Below, in pieces: positions 1 through 8,875 of a DNA stretch of 64,000 nucleotides; within the stretch, counting starts at the first letter, position 1; every line of letters starts with the position of its first letter. A model generated the notes under the pieces. It saw nothing but the letters and a program-made list of their open reading frames with translations, was not told the origin of the DNA and did not search any database. The stretch is from NCBI GenBank assembly GCA_965207225.1, contig CBDBLV010000002.1:96001-160000 (forward strand), written 5' to 3'. The position numbers and the translations under genes were made by a program. Source of the stretch: Dehalococcoidia bacterium. Lineage in GTDB: Bacteria > Chloroflexota > Dehalococcoidia > Plut-88900.

Positions 1-996
1 GCCGCGCTTTATCAGGGACTGACATACGTAGTAGTGAAACCTGCCGCCCTTGGCGTCCTGGCCCGAGAGTAACGTCTCGCATCTGTAACACTTGACCAGT
101 CCACTTAGTAAATAGGATCTCGCAATCCTTCGGGGGTGGGTGGTCTTAGACGCACGGGAACGCATCCGGCTGTTGACCCGGCGAAACTGGGCCCTGGAGA
201 CGATGGCGGGGAATGCGTCCTCTACCCGTACCGGGTCGGCGTCGTCCTTGGCCTTGGCGCCCCAGACGAGAGTCCCCGTGTAGACCTCGTTCCTCAGGAT
301 GAAGTCGACCGCGCTATTGGACCAGAGCTTTCCTGCGGCGCTTGGGATCTCCTCGTCGTTGATGGCGCGAGCGATGTCCAGCATCCCTAATCCGGTCTCG
401 GCCATGTCGAAGATGCGCCTGACGACGGGCGCCGTAACGGCGTCGGGTTGCAGTCTGGGGCGCTCCTTCTCCCCATCATGGACCATGACCCTCTTGTAGC
501 CATAGGGCGTCCTGCTGGAGACCCAGAAGCCGCGGGAGGCGGCTTCCCGCATACCTCGCCTGACATCCGTCGCCAGGTCTTCCGAGTAGTACTCATCCAC
601 GGTTTCGATGATGGCCTCGGTGAGCGTGCCCGCTGGAGTGTCATCGGTCTGTTCCGTTATCGACACCACCGTCACGCCTCGCCTGCGGAGCAAGGACTTG
701 TAGGCGATGGCCTGCTCGCGATTCCTGGTGAAGCGTGAGAACTTCCAGACCAGGACCTCTCTGAACGGGGCCTCTGGTGACCTGGCCTCATCGATCATCT
801 TGTTGAATTCGGGCCTGTCGTCGATGAGCCCACTCTTAGCCTCGTCGACGTACTCGCGCACGACCACGTAGTTGTTCTTGTCGGCGTAGACTCTCAGCGC
901 CCGAAGCTGGGCGGCCACCGAGAGGTCCACATCCTGACGGTCGCTGGACACTCTGGCGTAAAGAGCCACTGGCGTGGGCTCAAGTCGTTCATTCAT
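1..996 (-). CDS. Large serine recombinase, 5' part (runs off window start)
   Basis: Manual translation from ATG 996 (or 1017): MNERLEPTPVALYARVSSDRQDVDLSVAAQL...DEYYSEDLATDVRRG; clear paralog of 3463-5058; absent from the ORF track because it is truncated by the window edge. Confidence 0.92.
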   Translation of the reverse strand, partial: MNERLEPTPVALYARVSSDRQDVDLSVAAQLRALRVYADKNNYVVVREYVDEAKSGLIDDRPEFNKMIDEARSPEAPFREVLVWKFSRFTRNREQAIAYKSLLRRRGVTVVSITEQTDDTPAGTLTEAIIETVDEYYSEDLATDVRRGMREAASRGFWVSSRTPYGYKRVMVHDGEKERPRLQPDAVTAPVVRRIFDMAETGLGMLDIARAINDEEIPSAAGKLWSNSAVDFILRNEVYTGTLVWGAKAKDDADPVRVEDAFPAIVSRAQFRRVNSRMRSRASKTTHPRRIARSYLLSGLVKCYRCETLLSGQDAKGGRFHYYVCQSLIKRG

Positions 997-1143
997 CTGC
1001 GTATCTTCCATCCGCATAATGTTTGGCCGGGCCCCATGTGGTCTGAGATAGCAACTCGTCTCTACAGCTCAAGTGCTCTTCTCCGCGGAGCCGGCCGCTA
1101 GGAGGCGGACCCATCAGGCATGGCTCAATTCCCCAAATCCCAG

Positions 1144-1425
1144 TCAGACGGTATCAAGGATATCGTCTGCCGCCTCGTAGCCCGCTCTCGTAACTTCGAA
1201 CACCTCTCCCTTGTAACCGATGTCCCTGATGTAGCCAGACTGTGCTAGCTCTTCAAGGCCACCAACCCATTGAGCTATGGTTCTCGGTTTCCGGTCTGGG
1301 ATCATCGTCTTGCCGTTAGTGTCAATCGACAGCCCTCCGAAGGTGCGGGTTAAGCTGATTAGTCCATCGCCGCAGACCGCTTCTCGCAGAATAGATCGAG
1401 CCTCAAATGATGCCGTCGTACCCAT
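1144..1425 (-). CDS. Small hypothetical protein, possibly winged-helix-like (LEELAQSGYIRDIGYKGEVFEVTRAGY)
   Basis: 93-aa ORF with globular composition, preceded by GGGGGT SD-like sequence. Confidence 0.55.
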   Translation of the reverse strand: MGTTASFEARSILREAVCGDGLISLTRTFGGLSIDTNGKTMIPDRKPRTIAQWVGGLEELAQSGYIRDIGYKGEVFEVTRAGYEAADDILDTV

Positions 1426-1537
1426 AATCCAACTACCCCCTTCTCAAGTGTCTTCTATGTTATACTCACAATAACCGTCGTGTAACTCAATGCATAGAGC
1501 TTTTACATCTAATGTACATCGAAATAGCGTTGAGAGG

Positions 1538-2536
1538 ATGAAGGTGACGCCAGAGGGAGAACTACAGCCTTTCCAGGCAATGACGCGTGGACCGTTCGCA
1601 GCTCTCCTCCGAGTGCCTGAGGATGGTTTCACCCTACGTGAGGATCTCGTCGTCACAGTTGGCGAGGGCGCTGGGGAGAACACTACCGGACCCTGGTTGG
1701 TCAGACCGGACAGTCTGTACGTGCGCCAGTACCCACCACTAGCCGTTTCTAATCTGCACAGGCGGTTTGCTCGGACAGAACCGATTGCCGAGTCCATCCT
1801 TGCATTTGCCGACAAGTATGGGCTCTTGGGTCACGGGTCATGGCTTGAGGACTCAGGCTCCAGCGGCCAGGCAATGTTGATCGGGGAGTCTGTGGGGTTC
1901 TGGAAGAAGGAGATCGAGCGCATGACCCGACTAATCGCCCTTTGGGAGTTCGTCCTGCGGGGAGGCCGGAGGGAACTGAGCCAGTTGGTCGAGTGGTCTC
2001 CACAGGGCGCAGCGCGACAGGTCCGACTGTATCTAGTGGACATAGACGGAAAGCTCCGACCGGACCTCGCACAGTTCATGCGACAACGCCCTGCCGAGTT
2101 TCGTGATCACTTCCGGCAGAACAAGGATCTGGCCACCCGATTGAGACACTCAGAGGTGAGGGTGATCGCGCACGAGGAGATCGGTAGCGATATAGAGCTG
2201 TTGGAACGATGGAGGCATGGCGATCCAGTAGAGCCGGTCCGCTACTTCGTGCATCGAGAGGTGAACATCAGCCTACGGGGCCACGTCAGTCCCGCCGTAC
2301 TCCCCTTCCGTAAAGGTGAGATCTTCTTCTTTCCAGACTGTCTCTTGAGCTCGCTCTACACACAATTCATGCTGGAGCTCTCGGGGCGTAGCCGCCCTGC
2401 GATGATCTGTAGTCGACCTGGCTGTGGACGCTACTTCGAGCCAACGCACGGCCGGCAGAAGTACTGCGATAAGAGTTGCCAGCAACTGGCCTACTACTAT
2501 CGTAGGAAGGCAGGAGAGAAGGCAAAGACGCGTTAA
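1538..2536 (+). CDS. Hypothetical protein with C-terminal CGNR-like zinc finger
   Basis: CSRPGC...YCDKSC followed by a basic tail (YYYRRK); ORF 1490-2536, ATG 1538 taken as the start. Confidence 0.7.
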   Translation: MKVTPEGELQPFQAMTRGPFAALLRVPEDGFTLREDLVVTVGEGAGENTTGPWLVRPDSLYVRQYPPLAVSNLHRRFARTEPIAESILAFADKYGLLGHGSWLEDSGSSGQAMLIGESVGFWKKEIERMTRLIALWEFVLRGGRRELSQLVEWSPQGAARQVRLYLVDIDGKLRPDLAQFMRQRPAEFRDHFRQNKDLATRLRHSEVRVIAHEEIGSDIELLERWRHGDPVEPVRYFVHREVNISLRGHVSPAVLPFRKGEIFFFPDCLLSSLYTQFMLELSGRSRPAMICSRPGCGRYFEPTHGRQKYCDKSCQQLAYYYRRKAGEKAKTR

Positions 2537-2600
2537 CGGGGCATGAGCGGAACGGCGATGCTCAGGCTGTTCGCCACGGGTTCAGCAACTTACCCGGCCA

Positions 2601-3407
2601 GTGAAGGGAGCTTTCGAGGGAAATATGTCCATGCCTCTAGTCGAGGAGATCCACGCCCTGGAGACCAAACTGGCCTTGATCGACAGACCAGATTGGGGCC
2701 CAGGGCATAGACCCTCTGCCCCGGCCATTATCGAAGCGTCCTTTTGGGCTCGAACCATTCTGGAGATTATCTCTAGTGCCGACCTCGAACAGATGGGACA
2801 TCTAGTCGAGACCTACATCTGCACCGTTCACGGTGTCTCGGACCCCGACCATCCTGGAAGCGCGAAAGCCGTATACGACGACAACAAACGCATTCCGCTG
2901 ATGCAACTACTCGGTTACATCATGCACGTCCGATACTTTTCGTTTGCCATTCACACCGACGGCAACCACTGCTTGGACGTCATGAGCGACCGACACGATC
3001 GCACCCTCGTCTACTATTCGGACTTCGTAAAGGCTCTGAGATCGTTGGTGCTGCCCCAAAGATCCGCAGCCGCCGCTATCTGCGAACTGACGGAACAGGC
3101 CACACAGAAGCAATTAATGGGAACCTCCGGTTACGAAGTGGGTATCTTCTCCTCCGTAAACTTCGGCTGGGTTCTGTCTGGCTTCGTGAAGAACCGCTCC
3201 TCACTGAAACGCCAGATACTCTCAGCGATCTTCAACATCGACCAAGTACCAGATCACGCACTGAACGATGTTTGGTTCTTCGTTAGCAGGACGGGTCCCG
3301 GTAACCAGATGGTGATCGGACTCACTCCTCCATGGGAGGACGACCAAAACGTCTTCTCACCATCTTTCGACAGGACGTTGCTGTACGACATAATCAAGAG
3401 CCATTAG
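2601..3407 (+). CDS. Hypothetical protein
   Basis: 268-aa ORF, protein-like composition, no recognised motif. Confidence 0.6.
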   Translation: MKGAFEGNMSMPLVEEIHALETKLALIDRPDWGPGHRPSAPAIIEASFWARTILEIISSADLEQMGHLVETYICTVHGVSDPDHPGSAKAVYDDNKRIPLMQLLGYIMHVRYFSFAIHTDGNHCLDVMSDRHDRTLVYYSDFVKALRSLVLPQRSAAAAICELTEQATQKQLMGTSGYEVGIFSSVNFGWVLSGFVKNRSSLKRQILSAIFNIDQVPDHALNDVWFFVSRTGPGNQMVIGLTPPWEDDQNVFSPSFDRTLLYDIIKSH

Positions 3408-3462
3408 CCGCCTACCAGCAAACTTGCTGGTGACCGAACGGCCGATGCGCCCTAGCTCCACA

Positions 3463-5058
3463 CTAAGAGGGCTTCGTGACGCGATTTCTGGCAGGCGTGG
3501 CTGAGCCGCCCAGCACAATCTCCTCGGACTCCGCTTCGGGCATGTGACTGTCGTCGGGCATGGGTACGTTGTAGTGGATCACGGCCTTGCTTGGCATGAC
3601 CACAATCTCCCCGACGAAGGTCTCGGCAAAGGCCTTGCGCTCGGACAACTCGCTCTCCCCTAGAAACTCGCCCATGTCCTGCGCCCGTGCAACGATGGCC
3701 TCCAGGTCGGACTTGACCGACCTGCGCTGGGAAAGGATGGACTGAGCCTCCTCCAACGATGCCTCAAGAAGGCTCCGCCTCTCAGTGTTGGCCTTGATCC
3801 GGATATCCATGTCAGCCGGGACGTCGTCGGTGGTCTCCACAACGTCCCAGAGCCGACCTAGCCGGCGCCGCACGTCAGCCAGTTCAGATTCGATGGTCTC
3901 CAGTCTCCCACGTTGTTCGCGGACCAGGCCATCCAGCTCCTTAGCAACGACTTTCGTCAGATCGCCAATGATGCCTTCGGTTAGGATGCTAGAGCGAATC
4001 GTCCTGACGATCACATCCTCGAAGCGGCGGGCGTTGAGCCTGGGGGTATCGCAGCCGCCGCTCCCACGTTTGATCAGGGACTGGCAGACGTAGTAATGGA
4101 ATCTGCCGCTCTTGGCGTCCTGGCCCGAGAGCAACGTCTTGCATCTGTAGCACTTGACGAGCCCGCTGAACATGTAGGAGCTTCCCACCCTACGGGGATG
4201 GGCGATCCTGGGTGCGCGGGAACGCGTCCTGGCGTTCACCCGGCGGAACAGAGCCTTGGAGACTATGGGCGAGAACGCCCTCTCCACTCGAACCGGCTCA
4301 GCCTCGTCTCCGGCAGCGGTGCCCCAGACGAGAGTCCCTGTGTACACCTCGTTGGTGAGGATGAAGCGGACCGCATTACTGGTCCAGTGCTTGCCGGTGG
4401 CGCTGGAGATGCCCTGGCCGTTGAGGGTGCGGGTGATGTCCAGCATCCCTTTTCCGGTGTCGGCCAGCTCGAAGATCCGTTTGACGACATAGGCCGTTTC
4501 CTCATCGGGTTCCAGCTTGGGCCGCTTCTTGGCACCGTCCTGCACCATGATCCTGTTGTAGCCGTAGGGTGTCCTGCTGGCGACCCAGAAACCCCGGGAA
4601 GCGGCCTCTCGCATCCCGCGCCGGACCTCTTGCGCCAGATTCTCCGAATAGAATTCGTCGACGCTCTCGATGATTCCTTCAAGGAGTTTGCCAGCTGGAG
4701 TGTCGTCGGCGTTCTCAGTTATGGAGACGACCCTGACGCCGCGCCTGCGGAGCATGGACTTATAGGCGACGGCGTGCTCGCGCTTCCTGGTGAACCGTGA
4801 GAACTTCCAGACCAGTATCTCCCGGAATGCGGCATCGGGAGATCTGGCTTCTTCTATCATCTTGTTGAACTGGGGCCGGTCGTCGACCCAGCCGCTCTCG
4901 GCCTCGTCGACGTACTCACGGACGACCACCTGGCCATTCTTCTCGGCGTGGTCCCTCAGCGCCCGCAACTGGGCTGCGACCGACAGGTCCACGTCCTGAC
5001 GGTCGCTGGAGACCCTGGCGTAGAGGGCCACCGGTGTGGGTTCGGGTCTTTCACTCAT
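3463..5058 (-). CDS. Large serine recombinase (resolvase + recombinase + Zn-ribbon/coiled coil)
   Basis: YARVSS catalytic Ser motif, PYGY, CYRC..YYVC..C Zn ribbon; start MSERPEPTP at 5058. Confidence 0.95.
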   Translation of the reverse strand: MSERPEPTPVALYARVSSDRQDVDLSVAAQLRALRDHAEKNGQVVVREYVDEAESGWVDDRPQFNKMIEEARSPDAAFREILVWKFSRFTRKREHAVAYKSMLRRRGVRVVSITENADDTPAGKLLEGIIESVDEFYSENLAQEVRRGMREAASRGFWVASRTPYGYNRIMVQDGAKKRPKLEPDEETAYVVKRIFELADTGKGMLDITRTLNGQGISSATGKHWTSNAVRFILTNEVYTGTLVWGTAAGDEAEPVRVERAFSPIVSKALFRRVNARTRSRAPRIAHPRRVGSSYMFSGLVKCYRCKTLLSGQDAKSGRFHYYVCQSLIKRGSGGCDTPRLNARRFEDVIVRTIRSSILTEGIIGDLTKVVAKELDGLVREQRGRLETIESELADVRRRLGRLWDVVETTDDVPADMDIRIKANTERRSLLEASLEEAQSILSQRRSVKSDLEAIVARAQDMGEFLGESELSERKAFAETFVGEIVVMPSKAVIHYNVPMPDDSHMPEAESEEIVLGGSATPARNRVTKPS

Positions 5059-5194
5059 CTTGGGTTCCTTCCACTGTTCGTGCTGTTCGGTCACGGCAGC
5101 CCATGGAACGGTTCCCGTGCAGCCATTCCGCCTAACAGGCATCTTGGGATGCGACAAATGTGGTGGTGGAAATTGCCGAGAAGAGGCTTCCGCG

Positions 5195-5550
5195 ATTGGG
5201 ACATTCAAGCGGCCGCTGCGGATTTTCGGCATGGACGGCCGCCAGAGACAGGACGTCGAGGTGGTCGTGGGCACCGGTGCCTTCTACACCACGTTGCCCG
5301 TTGGCCTGTTGCGCAGCCTGGGAATAGAGCCGAGGGGCAAACGCAGGTCCCACAAGCCGGTGGGCGGGGGATCGATCTGGACTATGGCCAGGCCTGGGTT
5401 TCGATAGACGGCAAGAGCGAGATCACCCAGGTGGTATTCGGAGAGGACGATTCTCCGGCCCTGCCGGGGACATACAGCCTTGATTGTGTGGCCCTGGAGG
5501 TGGACCACATCGAACAGCGGCTGGCCCCCAAGACCCTGATCTTGTACTAG
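5195..5550 (+). pseudogene. Degenerate clan AA (retropepsin-like) aspartic protease
   Basis: Two frames join: GTFKRPLRIF...VVGTGAFYTTLP..LLRSLGIEP, then GQAWVSIDG..TQVVFGE..PALPGTYSLD..ALEVD; catalytic DTG reads GTG, start reads ATT, frameshift near 5350. Confidence 0.7.
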
Positions 5551-5649
5551 GGCCAGCGCCCTTTCCCGTTTGCGACTCCACCCGGCCTCCTCTGCGCTCC
5601 GCGTCGGCCCTCCCCGACGATACCGGCGCCTCTTCAGCTCGACTCCTTC

Positions 5650-5850
5650 CTAACACCCTGAAGTGTCACTCGCATCCCCTTCCGAGTCTTCTTCATTCGG
5701 TCTCGGCGGCTGTGCAACCCTGGGCTTAGGCGCCTGCTCTCTCAGGTGAGCGCGGAGAGCGACCTTCGCCAGGATGCTCAGTCCCTGCCGGATTGTCTTT
5801 TGTTGAGTTGCGGAGTACGACTGCCACTCCGACGTCTTATCATCTTCCAT
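5650..5850 (-). CDS. Small helical protein upstream of LSR
   Basis: 66-aa ORF abutting the bilD stop; similar in size and position to 29510-29716. Confidence 0.5.
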   Translation of the reverse strand: MEDDKTSEWQSYSATQQKTIRQGLSILAKVALRAHLREQAPKPRVAQPPRPNEEDSEGDASDTSGC

Positions 5851-7266
5851 TCATCTACTCATGTAGGCCGTTGATGGGCCAGGCTCCAGCGTAGCGGCTG
5901 TCGTACCTGGGTTGAATGGCGGACCATCACTACACACCACCGCCTGGCGCAGCTCAAGAGAGCGTAGGCTCCCATCTACAAGCTCGTATCGAGGTCCGCC
6001 CGATCCCAGCCTTATGAGCTCGGCGATGACCACTGCCGCCGTGACTGCACCCACAAATGACGCACCAACGGTGCGGCCAGCCAACGTGATGATTCCACAA
6101 TCGTCGACTCCGTCTTGAGCTAGTGCGCGGTAGGCGGGATTCTCGGCCACGGCATCCGCATCGGGCCGGTGTCCTTCCGTCCCCCAGCGATGCCTTGCTG
6201 TTCGGCTGGCCGGGAACGTGTGGGTCTGAAATGCGAGGTATTCCTGGGTGCCGGCACCCAGGCCAGCTTCAATGACGCGGTCAAACCCAACAACTTCGAG
6301 GTCCGCTCGGGCAAGAGCATTGTCTACGCCACACAGAGCAACACGTGGCTCATCCCCTGCAACCACAAAGTCGCCCGCGAATTTCCGCTCCACTATGGAA
6401 GTGCGGAACCCGCGTAGTTCACACCAAGCCGCCATCGCTCGGGTCTTCTTCGCCCCCAGGATCGCCCGCGCTGTGAGGAGCGAGGTGCTGTCATTGGCCT
6501 CGACGAGCTCATCAAAATCCTGGAGTACGAGGTTGACCTCCTCAGGGGACTCATAGGGCAGGAGACCGAGTGTCCAAAGAAACGCTTGGCCCAGGTGGCC
6601 GAGCCCGATAATCCAGGCACTTGCCGGCAGTCGTTCTAGTTTGGGTCCCAGCTCATCAGCGTCTAGCCAGTTGATGGCCTTATCCGGCTGCCACAGCGAC
6701 AGTCCAACATCTCGTCGCCCAGCCACGGCGTTATCGCCGCGCACGAACTGGAATGCCTCTGAAACCCCGAGTGCTCCCGCGAGAACTCCTGCCGGAATGC
6801 ACTCTTGCCGCTCCGGGAGTTGAAGACCTTGATGCAGAGGTGCAACGCCCGCACGCCAGCCATCAAACGTCGCGCGCACAGCGAACTCAGCATCCGTAGG
6901 CGGCGGGGACTTACCCCCCATCACGATGCGCGGAATGCCAGGAGCGCAGTCAGCAATGACCCCTCCTAGATCTACAATGGCTTCCCGCAGGGTGCGGCAA
7001 CGTCCCCAGGACACCAACAGGGGCACATCAAGCGTACCCTCGACACTCACTCCGCCCAGAAAGCTGCGACGGCCTGTGTTTACCGCTGTCAGCAACGCTG
7101 CCTGCATCGTTGGTGAGTGGGCGACACTGCCCCCCACCACGATGCCGAGTCGATAGCTGTCGAAGAGGCGCCGTGCCTCTTCGAGGCTTCCCGCCTCTCC
7201 CGTATCTAGGACGAGCTTGAGGTGTCTGTGCAACTCATCTGGTCCTATGACTGCGTTCTTTGTCAT
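5851..7266 (-). CDS. bilD: E1-like ThiF/adenylation enzyme of Bil system
   Basis: GLGHLG nucleotide-binding loop, DFD..VEAN, KKT, CGVDN..AR, candidate catalytic Cys in DDCG; ATGA overlap with the JAB gene. Confidence 0.88.
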   Translation of the reverse strand: MTKNAVIGPDELHRHLKLVLDTGEAGSLEEARRLFDSYRLGIVVGGSVAHSPTMQAALLTAVNTGRRSFLGGVSVEGTLDVPLLVSWGRCRTLREAIVDLGGVIADCAPGIPRIVMGGKSPPPTDAEFAVRATFDGWRAGVAPLHQGLQLPERQECIPAGVLAGALGVSEAFQFVRGDNAVAGRRDVGLSLWQPDKAINWLDADELGPKLERLPASAWIIGLGHLGQAFLWTLGLLPYESPEEVNLVLQDFDELVEANDSTSLLTARAILGAKKTRAMAAWCELRGFRTSIVERKFAGDFVVAGDEPRVALCGVDNALARADLEVVGFDRVIEAGLGAGTQEYLAFQTHTFPASRTARHRWGTEGHRPDADAVAENPAYRALAQDGVDDCGIITLAGRTVGASFVGAVTAAVVIAELIRLGSGGPRYELVDGSLRSLELRQAVVCSDGPPFNPGTTAATLEPGPSTAYMSR

Positions 7267-7787
7267 GCCCATACTCCTGTATAGAAGAAACGTCCCCAAC
7301 CGGCTGCCCTGTAATTGCGCCACCTGTGACTGCCGAGATACTCGTAGACGCCCACGTCCCGCATCCTGAAGTCAATCGCGAAGTTCGGCACGATCAGCGC
7401 CACGTGACCAGCCTGCGCGATCATCGGGTTGTCCCTGTCAAGCGGGCTCTGCCGCGCCGGTCCGGAGCCGCCGTGCGTGTGCAAATCGGCAAGCACCCTC
7501 AGACCGGTCTCCCGACAGAGCTGCCACAACGGTCCGAAACCCGCTCCATCAAAGACCACAATGCCGGAGTCAAGGCAGGCTGGGTCGAAATCGTCGTAGT
7601 ACGCGAATCTCACCACATGGCCACGCAGGCCATCTCTGTAGCCGAGCAGGAACGCGCCACTTTCGTGGCGACCTTCTCCGCGTCTGGCGACCTCAGTAAG
7701 CCCCTGCCGCCAAACCGCCCTGGGGCACCTCAGTCTATGCCTAGGCGCCGTTAGGGCCCGAATAGTCGCTCGAATTGAGAAGGTCAT
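7263..7787 (-). CDS. bilC: JAB/MPN metallopeptidase (deubiquitinase-like)
   Basis: ESGAFLLG...DLHTH...QSPLD JAMM motif. Confidence 0.88.
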   Translation of the reverse strand: MTFSIRATIRALTAPRHRLRCPRAVWRQGLTEVARRGEGRHESGAFLLGYRDGLRGHVVRFAYYDDFDPACLDSGIVVFDGAGFGPLWQLCRETGLRVLADLHTHGGSGPARQSPLDRDNPMIAQAGHVALIVPNFAIDFRMRDVGVYEYLGSHRWRNYRAAGWGRFFYTGVWA

Positions 7788-8229
7788 GGACAATCCTCAA
7801 GTAGTGTGTGATGTCGCTCTCTGGCGACCAGATCATCGAGGGGTGTTGCGTCCGCCACCCGTCGTGGCCCTCGATGGAGAGGCGGTCACAAGGTAGATAG
7901 AGGCACCGGCCGTTGTTCCATCCAGGATTGAAGGCCTTGGATACACGTTTCGTTCCACTTGGCCAGCGCTCCGGTGGCAGTGGAGCATCTTCTTCAGCAT
8001 CCCATGGCTGAGCTGTTGGGGGCGACTGAGGATAGTTCGTGCACTCGAAGCGCAGCGCATACTCAGTTGGACCACCCTCCCTCCCAGCCGCCTGGACAGC
8101 GATTACGGCGTGGGGCCAGTTTATGGAGAGCAGGCGCCACCGGCCGCGGTCGAAGCCACTCTGGAACGGTCCGGCTTCGAGGTGGGCCCGAAACACCTGC
8201 TCGTCCACTCCCATTGTCTGCGCGGACAA
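7741..8229 (-). CDS. bilB: E2-like ubiquitin-conjugating protein
   Basis: LRFECTNYPQSPP, LYLPCDR (catalytic Cys), W...HP..W; position between Ubl and JAB genes. Confidence 0.85.
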   Translation of the reverse strand: MSAQTMGVDEQVFRAHLEAGPFQSGFDRGRWRLLSINWPHAVIAVQAAGREGGPTEYALRFECTNYPQSPPTAQPWDAEEDAPLPPERWPSGTKRVSKAFNPGWNNGRCLYLPCDRLSIEGHDGWRTQHPSMIWSPESDITHYLRIVHDLLNSSDYSGPNGA

Positions 8230-8232
8230 GCC

Positions 8233-8754
8233 CTAACCCTCCACCCGCTGCTTCGCAACCAGGTCAAAGCAGAGGGTCCCGTCCGGGAATTTCACGAGCG
8301 TGCCGATATGCACCTCTTCGTCAGGCTGGTCGCCTGAGTTGCAGACCTTGAGCACATGCTCGGCGGCGTCAACGGGCGACAGGTTGTACTGGTCCTTCCC
8401 GGTCGCCCATTCCTTCACCCGGTCAACCGTCGCCGATGGGGCGAAGAACCCCTTCTTCTGGTCCTGGTTGTAGTTGACCGTGACCTCGACGCTCTTGCAG
8501 CGGTGTATGTGCACGCGGCTGCGGGGAGTGAGGCCGGCCTCATCGATCTTCACGTCCAGTTCCAGGGTGACGTCGGTGTTTTCGATGAAGACGCACACCT
8601 CTGTGTCCTCAGGCCCGCTCAGGCCATGTTCGCGGGCTATCTTGACGATATCCGCCACGGTGTCCTTCGGGCCGAGTTTCACAAGGGTGATCTTCGGGAT
8701 GCCCTCTCCCTGGATGAAGATCTCAATCTGGTCCGGCGCATTGAGCTGAGTCAT
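8233..8754 (-). CDS. bilA: ISG15-like two-domain ubiquitin-like protein
   Basis: Two beta-grasp-sized repeats (..DTVADIVK.., ..SATVDRVKEW..), C-terminus KQRVEG ending in Gly; first gene of the Ubl-E2-JAB-E1 operon. Confidence 0.85.
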   Translation of the reverse strand: MTQLNAPDQIEIFIQGEGIPKITLVKLGPKDTVADIVKIAREHGLSGPEDTEVCVFIENTDVTLELDVKIDEAGLTPRSRVHIHRCKSVEVTVNYNQDQKKGFFAPSATVDRVKEWATGKDQYNLSPVDAAEHVLKVCNSGDQPDEEVHIGTLVKFPDGTLCFDLVAKQRVEG

Positions 8755-8823
8755 TCGACTGTCCTTTCTCCCACAGCGGTGGGACTCTCTGGAGTGGGCG
8801 TCGTTTGATGCCCCTACTAAGAC

Positions 8824-8851
8824 AATCGGAGAAGAAGGGACAGACCGGAAA
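8824..8851 (-). promoter_or_regulatory. Candidate alternative-sigma promoter TTTCCGGTCTG-N12-CGATT upstream of bilA
   Basis: Identical 11-mer and 5-mer at identical 12-nt spacing to the motif at 13768-13795. Confidence 0.7.
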
Positions 8852-8875
8852 TGGCCGTGCCAGCGGCAGTGACGG

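Noticed and set aside
1288-1298. Third TTTCCGGTCTG 11-mer, on the + strand
   Set aside because: No CGATT at 12-nt spacing, and it lies inside another ORF; likely chance
3445-3465. CCCTAGCTCCAC resembling a tRNA/tmRNA 3' end (att remnant)
   Set aside because: Too short, no T-arm and no second copy found in the window
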